Made by a program: the position numbers and the translations under genes. Below the pieces are notes generated by a model. That model had not been told where the DNA came from and made no database searches. It was given only the letters and a program-made list of their open reading frames with translations. This document shows positions 1 through 11,500 of a DNA stretch of 64,000 nucleotides, piece after piece (the stretch's first letter is position 1; every line of letters starts with the position of its first letter). Source of the stretch: Geosiphon pyriformis uo1 (lineage: Eukaryota > Fungi > Glomeromycota); assembly GCA_016748015.1 (NCBI GenBank), contig JAAOMT010000591.1, positions 199,532 to 263,531 on the forward strand. The letters are read 5' to 3'.

Positions 1-1079
1 AAATGGAGTAACCAAGGAAGATAGCTACCCAACTCCAAAAATCTAAAAACTTTTCAACACTTTTGGAAGGAAGAAATAGTTTTCAACTCTAGACTTAGAC
101 AGTGGTTACTGACAAGTGGCCATGAAACCAGAAAACAAAGAGAAAATGGCTTTTATAACTTGAAAAAGAAATTTTGAATTTGAAGTTATGCCATTTGGTT
201 TGATGAATGCTTCTGTCATCTTTTAATGGCTTATGGAAATCATTTATACTAGACTGCTATGGAATCAGTAGTTGTATATCTGGATAATACCAATGTGTTC
301 TCTAAGACATTCAATGATCATTTATATCATTTCCAGCAAGTATTTAAAAGACTAAAAAGAGCTGAATTAAAATTGAATGCAACTAAATGTTTCTTTAGAA
401 AAACCAAACTCAAGTTTTTGGAACATGTTGTGAGCAAAGACAGTATTAAAATGAATTCAGACAAGATTGAGGTAGTTAAGAACTTTTCAGTACCAACCAA
501 CTTAACCAAACTAAGAGCATTCCTGGGATTTGCTGAATACTACTACCACTTTATCAAAGACTTTTCTAAACTGGCTCAGCCATTACACTAGCTTCAATCA
601 AAGAACACCAAATATAAATGAATAGAAAACCAGCAAGAAGCATTCAACATATTAAAAAGAAAGTTTATTCAAGCTCTAATGTTAATGTATTCAGATTACA
701 GCAAATCATTCATTATCACCACCAATGCATCAGGCCAAGTATTGGGAGCAGTACTATTACAGAGAGGACTAGATAGAAGAGAACATCCAGTAGCATATGC
801 CAGCCAAAGTTTGAGTCCAGCAGAAAAGAACTATAGAACACCAGTATTAAAACACTTAGCAATCTACTAGGCAGTTATGAAATGAAAAAAATACTTAAGC
901 CAGAAATTTGACATATATATTGATCACAAAAGATTGACATCAATTCAGAAACAAGAATTTAAAGATAATTGTCATGCTAGATAGAAAATAGAACTGTCAC
1001 TATTTAATTATACAGTACATTACAAAAAAAGAAAAAAAATGGAAATGCCAATGGCTTGTTATGAATGACACAAATCTAA
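1..1079 (+). pseudogene. E1 RT-RNase H end of ORF1
   Basis: ORF fragments 259-591 and 679-870; stop TAA 1077-1079 just after the NADGLSR-like motif. Confidence 0.9.
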
Positions 1080-1109
1080 AAACATTTCAACCCAAAAATA
1101 TAACAAAAA

Positions 1110-2492
1110 ATAAATATACAAAAATACCAACAACTCTAATATTACATAAATATCCAATTGTTCAAGGAGAAATTATCTCAAAAAGAACAAAATAACATAA
1201 AACAACAATTAAAATATTTTATTAACCATCAAAATATACTTTACCAAAAGAACAAAAGAAATTCAGATCAACTAACCAGAGTAATTACAGAACCAGAGAA
1301 AGAGACAATATTATTCAACATGTACTCAAATCCAACAGCAGAACATTTTCACAAAGAAGCAACCATGAAAAAAATCAGAAAAAGATACTATTAGCCATCT
1401 ATGTATCCAAACATCATTCAATATGTTCAAAATTGTGATGCTTGTCAAAAAAAAAAAGGAACAAAGCTAAGTGAGCTATTAAAACCAATCAAAGTGGGAC
1501 AACCATTTGATTACATTGAAATTAACTTAGTCAGACCATTGACAATAACCAGTAGAGGAAACAGATATATTGTAGTAGCCATGAACTATCTTACAAAATG
1601 GCCAGAAGCAAAAGCCATTCAAAGAACAGATGCAAAATCTGTTGCCAAATTTATTTATTAAGATTTGATCTGTTAATACAGATGTCCAAAAAAGCTATTA
1701 TTAGACCAAAAAACTTACTTTGTAAACAAAACATTGGCAGAATTAAGTCAAATATTTGGAATCAAAAGACCATTATTGTTACCATACCATCCACAAACAA
1801 ATGGGTTAGTCAAAAGGTTTAACAGAACATTGTATAAAGCAATTGCCAAAATTAGCCAAAAAAATCAAGACGAATGGAATTTGTTCATACCATTAGTATT
1901 ATTTGCTTATCAAACAATAAAACAAGACACTACACAAACAACATCATTTGAATTGGTATATGGCAGAACAGCAACACTACCAGTTGAGATAGAAGTCAAA
2001 ACATATTCAACAAAACCAATAACAGAAGAAAATTTCCAAAGAATATTGTTAAGAAGAATATATGACTTAATAGAAACACTAGAAAACAAATAGCAAAGAG
2101 CAGTTGGTAACATCCAAAAGTTACAAGAAAAACAAAAGAAAAAACATAATAACCAATTACCAGATAAACCAGTTGAATTCAGGATTGGAGACAAAGTACT
2201 TTTACATTGTACCAAAGCAAAAAAACAATGGAGTGGAAAATTTAATCCCAAATGGAACAGACCATTTCACATAGAAAAAATTCTAGGAAATGGAACTTAT
2301 AAATTAAGATGGGACAATAAAATCTTAGCTAAAGCAGCACATAGTGATTAACTAAAACCATATTACTATATAGTATTACCATTCAACAATAATATTCCAC
2401 AATTGGGAGTACAGAGAAAATTAGTCCAACCAGATGAGATTTCACGAGATCTAGAAACAATTATTGTTATCAACACAAATACATCAAATTAA
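1110..2492 (+). pseudogene. E1 integrase (zinc-binding, rve core, GPY/F-type C-terminus, no chromodomain seen)
   Basis: ORF fragments 1158-1394, 1401-1661, 1734-2093; KWxxPF..LGNGTYKL; ends TAA 2490-2492. Confidence 0.9.
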
Positions 2493-2515
2493 TTGACCAA
2501 AGAATATATAAAGAC

Positions 2516-3175
2516 ATGGTAGATGCAACAAAAAATATCAAAAAAATGGAAATTACTGATGACATTCACTCATTAGCACAACAACTCTTTCAGTTAATTC
2601 AACAACAGAATATAGAAATTACTATCAACCAAAAAATCATTCGATACAAAAATACTAGAAAGATACACAAATACAAAATACAGAAAAAACCAGAAAACAC
2701 CATCGACAAAATAATTCTGAAAGTAAAATTAGCAATAGAAAAACCAACAAGTATTACCACATATCAAGAATTAACCAAAGAAACTTAGAAGTGATGAATA
2801 CAAGAATTTTTAAAGAACTTTTGTTATTTTCACTTGGGATAATATTTGAATATCCAAAATTTATATATAAATAAGACAAAGTGATTATTCAATCCAGAAA
2901 TATTACAATAACTTGAACAATTTGTGAGGAAAAACAATCTAACTACACAAGTATGAGCCATTTATTGATTACAAGTTGGATTTCAAGACTGACCAAAAAT
3001 ATTACACAATTCAGCAATGGACTCTATTACCATTAACCAAATGGGAAAAATAACTAATGTCCAATTTGAAAAATTACAAAACAAGATAACACAAGTAATT
3101 TTTGAAAAAGAAGTTCAAGAAATACTTAAAGACAGAGAATTAGAATTAGGAGATCTCGACAGAACTCAATATTAA
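2516..3175 (+). pseudogene. E1 ORF3, 220-codon accessory protein of unknown function
   Basis: ATG 2516 to TAA 3175 in one frame, broken only by nonsense codons; homologous to 6398-7057 and 47202-47921. Confidence 0.8.
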
Positions 3176-3189
3176 AAAAGAGAGAATAA

Positions 3190-4130
3190 TATTACTTATA
3201 GAATATAGAAAGTATATTATCATATAAATTAGCCAATCAGAAGTAGACATAGTAAATGTGGAATTCCAGAATTCCTCTTAAAAAAATTGCAGGATTCCAG
3301 GAATTTCAAAATTCTCATATGAAAAATTACAGGATTTCAGGAATTTCAAAATTCTCGTATGAGGAATTGCAGGATTCCAGAATCTCAGAATTTCTCTTAA
3401 AGAAATTACAGAATTCCAGAAATTCCAGGATTCCTGGTGTGAAAAATTAAGGAATTAATAAATTTCAATTAGGTATATATAGCAGTAGCATTAAAAGTAG
3501 AATTAGTACAAAAGATCTCTTAGTTTAGATTTAATTTAAGCAATCTTCTACATTATAAATATCAAATAAATAATTATTCATTATCTTAAATCTACTCTTT
3601 ACTATCAACTCTTCATATTGATAGTAATTAATACTTAAACATACTGAAACAATAGCTCTTAATTACAGTTATTAACAGAATATTAGCATTTATTGTCTTG
3701 GCTTATTTTTTTATTTTCTTTTATTTTTTTTTATTTTTTGTTATTTTTTTTGTTTTACTAATTGATTGAAAATTAAGTGTTGAATTATTGATGTTAAGGA
3801 TAGCCTGGTAAAAAACCCCAAAAGAAAGGTATGAAATTAAGAATTTAAGGATAACTTATCAGAAGAACATTTCTGTCAGATTACTGACCACTATGCTAAG
3901 AAAGAAATTTGATGAAATTGCGATTCTAGGAGGCTATTAAAACACTATTGAATCTCTGTTCATTATATAAAAAACTCAACCAAAATCTTCAGTCAACCAA
4001 AGCTTTTAGACAACCAAAATCTTTAGACAAACAAAACTTTTAGAAACCAACATCATCATCATCAAATCAATTGAGCACCAAGTTATAAGTTTGTTATTTG
4101 CTTTAAGATCCCAAATAATTATCTGTAACA
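3190..4130 (+). repeat. E1 3' LTR
   Basis: TATTACT (from TGTTACT) ... TGTAACA; CCAAT box, tandem array 3258-3436, TATA ~3474; homologous to 5515-6384. Confidence 0.9.
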
Positions 4131-4781
4131 GCATTTTACTTACTTGTAGAAGTCTTTTACCAGGCAATCCTTGACATCAATAACTCAGTGCTTAATCTTT
4201 AAAAGTTTAGTAAACCACCAACAAGATACAACAAAATAAAAAAATAAAATAAAAAAAATTAAGTCAAGACAATAAAAGTTAGCATCTCATCAATAGCCAT
4301 GATCAAGAGCTATTGTTTCCATGTAGTTTAAGTATCAATTATTATCAATATTTAAAGCTGATAGTAAGCAATTGGATTTGAGATGTTGAATAAGTATATT
4401 TATTGATATTTTAGAATGATATATTTCTAACTAAGAATAGTAATTAATGAATTTTTGTCTGGAAATTCTCCCTTTTTCTGCTTTTAATACAACTGCTATA
4501 TATAGATATTTTCTAGTTTTACAGAATTGTTTTGAATTGTCTGTTCTTGCTAGCTATTGCTTCATTTTCTTATGTTATAACTAATTATCCTATGTTATAA
4601 TATGTTATCTGACATTATTACATGTTATTCTGTGTTATCCTGCATTATAACACATTATTCTATATTATAACACATTATCCAACATTATTGTATATTATTT
4701 TGTGTTCTTTCATGTTTTATCATGTTTTTTAGATCATGTTTTTCCTTCTTTTTTTGATCAGCTTTCTTTCTTCAAATAACA
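4131..4781 (-). repeat. Family-A-related LTR with a different U3 array, interrupted by E1 and itself inserted in E3
   Basis: 4150-4400 is the reverse complement of the LTR core at 3560-3830; ends TAACA at 4781, after which E3 integrase sequence resumes. Confidence 0.75.
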
Positions 4782-5514
4782 ACATGTTAAACAATATTGT
4801 TTCTTTTTTTAATTTTATAATTACTTTAAGTAATTGGTTTGAATTTTTTCTGTTTTTTTAATATAGTATATTTTAATAAGTAATAAAATATTTTGATTGT
4901 TGTTTTATATTGTTTTGTTCTTTTTAAACAAATTTTTTCTTAAACTGTTAAGTATTAATATAATGTTGGAGTTGTTAATATTTTTGTGTATTTATTTTTT
5001 GTTATATTTTTGGGTTAAAATGTTCTTAAATTTGTTTTATCTATAACAAACCATTAGTATTTCTATTTTTTTCTCTTTTTATAATGTACAGTATAATTAA
5101 ATAGTAATAGTTCTATTTTCTATCTTGCATGGCAATTGTTTCTAAATTTTTGCTTCTAGATTAATATTAATCTTTTGTGATTAGTATATACATTAAATTT
5201 TTAATTTAAATATTTTTTTTATTTGATAACAGTTTAATAAATAGTTAAGTGTTTTAATATTAGTTCTATAGTTTTTCTCTGCTAAACTTAAATTGTGGTT
5301 GGCATATGTTATTGGATGTTTTTGTTTATCTGTTTTTTTTTGTGACAATACAGCTCCCAATGCTTGACCAAATACATCAATAATGATAATAAATAACTTG
5401 CTGTGATCTAAACAGATTAGTACTAGAGCTTAAATAAGCTTTTTTCTTAATATGTTAAAAGCTTTTTGTTGGATTTTAGTCGATTTATATTTAAAATTTT
5501 TTGCTTGTAGCTGG
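4782..5514 (-). mobile_element. E3 (old family-A element), RNase H to integrase N-terminal segment
   Basis: Collinear with 8250-9010; reading frame rejoins 15713 across the E2 insertion (KLAQLLYQ|LQAK). Confidence 0.85.
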
Positions 5515-6384
5515 TGTTACAGGTGACTATTTCTGGTGTTAGATTAAATAACAAACTTATAACTTGGTGCTCAAATCTAGTTGTAGTTGATAGTGATCTA
5601 AAGGTTTGTGTCTAAAAGGTTTGTATCCAAAGGGTTTGGTTGAGTTCTTTGTATAATGAACAGAGATTCAATGGTAATAGTTTTATCCATAGTTTTTTGA
5701 AACCACAGTTTCATCAATTTTTTTCTCAGCTTGATGGCCAGTATTCCTCCTGGTAAGCTATCTTCAATCGAGTGTTCTACCCTTATTTCTGGGTCTTTTA
5801 CCAGTCATGTTTATCCTGATATCAGTACCCCGCATGTTAATCCTCAATAGAGTTAGTAAACAACAATAAAATCAAAGCAAGAAATAAAAAAAAATAAATA
5901 AATAAAGAAAGAAAAAAAATAAGCCAAGGCGATTTGCAAGTTAGTATTCCATCAATAGCTGTGATCAAGAGCTATTGTTCCAGTGTGGTTAAGTATTGAT
6001 TATTATCAACATGAAGTGTTGATAGTGGCAGCAAGTTTGAGATAACAAACAGTTATTTATTTATGGTTTGGAAAGTTGTTCAGATGAAATCTAAACTGAG
6101 AGGTCTGTTTTTTTAGCTTCTAATCTTACTGCTATATATACATAATTGAGATTCCTCAATTTCTCAATTCTTCACAACAGGAATCTTGGGATTTCTGGAA
6201 TCCTGCAATTCCTTTAAAAGGAATCTTGAAATTCTGGAATCCTGCAATTCTTTGTGAGAATCCTGTAATTCCTAGAATCCTGCAATTCCTGAGAGGAATC
6301 CTGGAATTCCACATTTTACTACGTCTACTTCTGATTGGTTAATAACTATGCTAATATATATTCTCTATATTTTTATGAGTAACA
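5515..6384 (-). repeat. E2 3' LTR
   Basis: TGTTAC...GTAACA; about 93% identical to 14842-15712 by hand alignment; PPT adjacent at 6385-6399. Confidence 0.97.
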
Positions 6385-6397
6385 TTATTCTCTCCTT

Positions 6398-7057
6398 TTA
6401 ATATTGAGCTCCATCAAAATCTAACTCTGTTAATTCTCTTTCTTGAAGTATTTCCTGAATTTCATTTTTGAGAATTACTTGTGTTATTTAAGTCTGTAAT
6501 TCTTCAAATTGAGTATTGGTGATCTTTCCTAATTGATTATTGGTAACCATATCCATTGCTTTGTTGAGTAAGATTTCTGGTTGATCTTAAAATGCTGTGT
6601 GTATTTGGTATATGGCTCGGGTCTGTGTGGATAAGTTGTTTTTTCCCAAAAAATGTTCTAATTGTTGTAGTATTCTTGTGTTGAATAATCACTTTGTTTT
6701 ATCTGTATATAAATTCTGGATATTTACGTGTTGTCCCAAGTAAAAATAACAATAATTTCTTGGAAATTGTTGTATCCACCAATTCCAAGTTTTTTTAGTC
6801 AACTCTTGATATAGTAACTCTTTTGTCAACTCTTTTATTGCTAATTTTACTTTCATAATGATTTTGTCAATGGTATTTTCTGTTTTCTTCTGTGTTCTAT
6901 GTGATGATGTCTTTCTAGTGTCTTGATATCAGATGGTTTGTTGATTAATTGTAATTTCCATCTCTTGGTGTTGAATCAATTGAAAGAGTTGTTGTGCTAG
7001 TAAGTGGATGTTGTCTGTAATTTCCATTTTTCTGATATTTTTTGTTATGTCTACCAT
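6398..7057 (-). pseudogene. E2 ORF3, 220 codons, unknown function
   Basis: MVDITK..MEITDNIHLLAQQLFQLIQ ... YFxLG ... DFDGAQY*; same length as the E1 copy. Confidence 0.8.
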
Positions 7058-7081
7058 GTCTTTATATATTCTTTTGATGAA

Positions 7082-8463
7082 TTAATTTAACGTGTTGTTG
7101 TCAATAATGATGATTGGTTTCAGATCTTGTGGAATCTCCTCTGGTTGGACTAGTATCTTCTGTATTCTTAATTGTGGAATATTACTGGTGGATGATGGTG
7201 TGATATTGTGGTATGGTTTCAGTCAATTTTCATGTGCTGCTTTGGTTAAAATTTTGTTATCCAGTCTTAATTTGTAAGCTCTATTCCCTAGAATTTCTTC
7301 TATGTGAAATGGTCCATCCTATTTGAGGTCAAATTTTCCACTCCATTGTTTTTCTGCTTTAGTACAATGTAAAAGTACTTTGTCTTCAATCTTGAATTCA
7401 ACTGGTTTGTCTGGTAGTTGATTATTATGTCTTTTTTCTGTTTCTTTTGTGACTTTTGTATATTATCAGCTGCTCTTCTTCGTTTGTTTTCCAATGTTTC
7501 TATTAAGTCATATGTTCTTCTTAACAATGTTTCTTGGAAATTTTCTTCTGTTATTGGTTTAGTTGGATATGTGTTAACCTCTATCTTAACTGGTAATATT
7601 GTTGTTCTACCATATATTAATTCAAATGATGTTGCTTGTGTGGTGTTTTGCTTCATTGTCTGATAAGCAAATAATACTAATGGTATGAACAAATCTCATT
7701 TGTCCTGGTTTTCTTGGCTGAGTTTTGCTATTGTTTCATACAATGTTCTATTAAATCTTTTAACTAATCCATTGGTTTGTGGATGATATGGTGATGATAG
7801 TGGTCTCTTAATTCCGAATCTTCAGCTTAGTTCTGCTAATGTTCTATTCACAAAATAGGTTCTTTGGTCTGATAATAGTTCTTTTGGACATTCATATCGA
7901 CAAATCAAATTTTGATGGACAAATTTGGCAACAGATTCTGCATCCGCTCTTTGAATTGCTTTGGTTTCTGGCCATTTAGTAAGATAGTTCATGGCTACTG
8001 CAATATATCTGTTGCCTCTGCTGGTAATTGTCAATGGTCCAACTAAATCAATTCCAATACAGTCAAATAGTTGTCTCACTTTAATTGGTCTTAATGGTTT
8101 GCTGGGTCTTGTTCCTTCTCTTCTTTGACAAGCATTACAATTTTGCACATATTGAATGATATCTGGATACATTAATGGCCAATAGTATCTCTTTCTGGTT
8201 CTTTCCATGGTTGCTTCTTTATGAAAATGTCCTGCAATTGGATTTAAGTACATGTTGAACAGTATTGTCTCCTTTTCTGGTTCTGTAATTACTTTGGTTG
8301 GTTGATCTGAATTTTTTCTATTTTTCTGATAAAGTATATTTTGGTAAATGATAAAATATTTGGATTGTTGTTTAATTCTCTTTTGTTCTAGTTGAGATAA
8401 TTTCTCCTTGAACTGTTGAGTATCTATATAATGTTGAAGTTATTGATATTTTTGTGTGTTCAT
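7082..8463 (-). pseudogene. E2 integrase ORF with its own ATG (MNTQKYQ)
   Basis: GHF..CNAC, GIDLVGPL, SDQ, YHPQTNGLV; ORF fragments 7822-8253 and 7300-7692. Confidence 0.9.
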
Positions 8464-8524
8464 CTTTTGTTATATTTTCGTGAGTATTGTTTTGGTTTTG
8501 TTATATTTTTGGATTGAAATGTTC

Positions 8525-11500
8525 TTAAATTTGTCTCATTTGCGACAAACTGTCGGCATTTTTGTTGTCTTTTCTCTTTTTATAATTTATAGTATAAGTA
8601 TATGTCGAAAGAGCCATTTTCTATCTTGACTGTTTTCTGTCTTCAAATTCTTGTTTTTGGAGTAATGTCAATCCTTTGTGATCTGTGTACACCTCAAACT
8701 TTTGGCTCAAGTATTCTTTCCATTTCATAACTGCCCAATAGATTGCTAGATGTTCTAATTCTGGTGTTCCATAGTTCTTTTTGGCTGGAGTCAAACCTCG
8801 GCTGGCATATGTAACTAGATGTTCTCTTTCATCCAATCTTCTCTGAGATAGTAGTGCTCCCAATACTTGACCTGATGCATTAATGGTAATAATGAATGGT
8901 TTACTATAATCTGAATAGATCAATACTAAAACTTGAATAAGCTTTTTTTTTAAGATGTCAAATGCTTCTTGCTGGGTTTCAGTCCATTCATACTTTGCAT
9001 TTTTGGTTTGAAGATTATTGAGTGGTTGTGCTATCTTTGAAAAGTTCTTTATGAAGTGTTTATAATAGCTCACAAATTCCAAAAATGATTTCAGCTCAGT
9101 TATATTGGTTGGTATTGGAAAGTTTTTTACTATTTCTATTTTCTCCAGATTTGTTTTTATGCGGTCTTTGCTAACTATATATTCCAAGAATTTTAATTCT
9201 GTTTTGCCAAAAAAACATTTTGTTGCATTTAATTTTAATCCTGCTCATCATAGTCTTTCGAACACTTGTTGGAAATGACGTAGATGATCATCAAATGTTT
9301 TTGAAAACACATTGGTGTCATTCAAGTATACAACTACTGATTTCCACAATAAGCTGGTATACACAATTTCTATTAACCATTGGAATGTAGCTGGAGCATT
9401 AATTAAGCCAAATGGCATAACTTCAAACTCAAAGTTTTCCTTTCTTGTGGTGAATGCTGTTTTTTCTTTGTTGGCTGGATCCATAGTTATTTGCCAGTAC
9501 CCACTATCCAAGTTTAATGTTGAGAACCATTTGTTTCCACTAAAAGCATTAAATAGTTTTTGTATCTGTAGAGTTAGATAGCTGTTTCCATGAGTTACAC
9601 CATTGAGTTTTTTGTAGTCTACACAAAATTGGATTTTTCTATTCTTCTTACAGACAAGTACTACTGGTAATGACCATGGGCTCATTGATGACTGAATTAA
9701 TCCATTGTTAAGCATTTGGTTGATCTTTTGACGGATAATTTCATGGCTGGCTGGTAGTATCCTATATGCTTGCTGTTTGATTGGCATTACATTTCCAGTC
9801 TTAATCTGATGCTAGATAATATCAGTTCTGCCAAATTTGTTTTCACTGGCAAAGATGTCATTGAAATTATTAAGTAACATCTTTAGTTGCATCTATTGAA
9901 GTGGGTCTAGATTTCTCATGTTCATCTGTTTCAATTGTTTTGGCTGTAACAGATAACATTCATTTCGTCTATAGATGGTTTGTAATGTAATATCCACATA
10001 TTCACAAAGCTGTGAAAAATCTGGAATGCTGCTTGGTGCTTGATTTTCAATTTCCGTGGTTAAATATTCGAAAGTAGTTCCTTTCAGTATCTCTACAATA
10101 TTTCCGGTGTTGTTGTAGATGGGAATTTTGATATGGTTATGGCTTTTGGCTGGTATGTGTAGATTGATAAGTCCAATTTCTCTTGATTCACAAAGGGTTG
10201 CTTCTGCTTCAAAAATCTGTTCTTGCTTCTTCTCTCTCCTTTCTATTGCTAACATGTATTGGCTATATGGTGGAATGGAAATTGTTTGACCAGTTGAAAT
10301 AATTTCTCCTTGGCCAATAATTTTTTCCTCCACCATATTGACTGGTACCTCTATTCTACCCATTGATCCAAATCTCTGTATCCCTTTTGCTGTTATCCCT
10401 AATTCTTTCCTATTTCCCACTAAAACTAACTGAGCTATTTTCACCAGAGACAGGAATATTGCCTGTGCTATCCTTTTATTTGGCTTTATAACATAGGCTT
10501 TTTCTGAGTCATTTTGTAGCATAGCAATAATATTTCCTACATATCCTGCATTAATTATTTCTCCTCTGATGTTTATTCTCTTTTTCGCTAAACTACTCCT
10601 AGATGCTAATTGAACCATTATTGTTGCTAGAATTTTCAGTGCTATTTTCAGATCAATGCAAGTGCACAAATGGGGTTCCAATTTGATGGTATTTTTTTCT
10701 AGATATCTTAGATCAAATTCTGCATTAGTATTATGCACATGTTCTGGCATGATACCTTCATTATTATTACTGAATCATTTTAGTTCTTGCTCCTTGGTGA
10801 GGTCAGGGAGTGTAATATATTGTTTGTAGTTTGAATTGGAGTTTGAATCTGAGTTGGAATCATTGTCATTGTTATAGCCATTTTGAATGGAGCTGGAACC
10901 ATTATTTTTGTTATCATTATTGTCAGAGTTTGAATTGGGGTTGAAACTCAATTCCAATTCTGATGCACAGCTGTTAATTGGTTTTTTTTCTTCGGGGATC
11001 ATGTAAATCATGCATGGTAGTAAATTGTAGATGAGGTCACAATCATCACAGAATTAGAAGTCACATAGAATCAAACAGTAGTCACATAATCAGGTGTTGA
11101 TTTCTTCTAAGTGTTGCTCTTGCTCTTCTCTTGTGAGTGCTAAATTCTGATAATGTATGGAATTCTTCTGGGCTGTTTTCTAAGTCGATAAAGGCATCTG
11201 GGTTGAGAACCAAAACAATGTCTGTTGGTTCTGGAGGGTTATTCTTGATCTCCAGAATTTCACTGAGTGAAATGCCTTCTACTTTGGCATTGGCCATTCG
11301 CCAGATCTCGTCCTCGTCATGTGGATAGCCATCTAGGTGGGATATAGCTCAGTGCTATGCTGCTGTAATGGGTGTACCACAACTCACCTAGTCACTGATG
11401 AAGATTATGTATTGGCATGAAGCGTCGCATGTTTCTCCTTGACCAGGAATGTTGTTCCACATTTCTTCACTGAGTAATTATTCACCACAAGCGAGACATG

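Larger units (their letters stand above)
1..4130 (+). mobile_element. Ty3/Gypsy LTR retrotransposon E1 (family A), 3' part: RT-RNase H, integrase, ORF3, PPT, 3' LTR; decayed
   Basis: RT (VMPFGL, VVVYLDN from YLDD), RNase H (EHPVAYASQSL), integrase (HHCC remnant, YHPQTNGLV), purine tract ~3173-3189, LTR ending TGTAACA at 4130. Confidence 0.95.

Noticed and set aside
3256-3450. Repetitive 64-aa ORF in the LTR
   Set aside because: Product of the U3 tandem array; not conserved in LTRs with other arrays
3190-4130. Hammerhead or HDV-like ribozyme in LTRs or LINE 5' UTRs
   Set aside because: No CTGANGA...GAAA core with flanking stems and no nested pseudoknot found by eye; a covariance-model search would be needed to exclude it
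10840-10945. Asn/Ser-rich low-complexity segment as a separate gene or microsatellite
   Set aside because: In-frame linker of family-A ORF1 before the dUTPase; absent from family B
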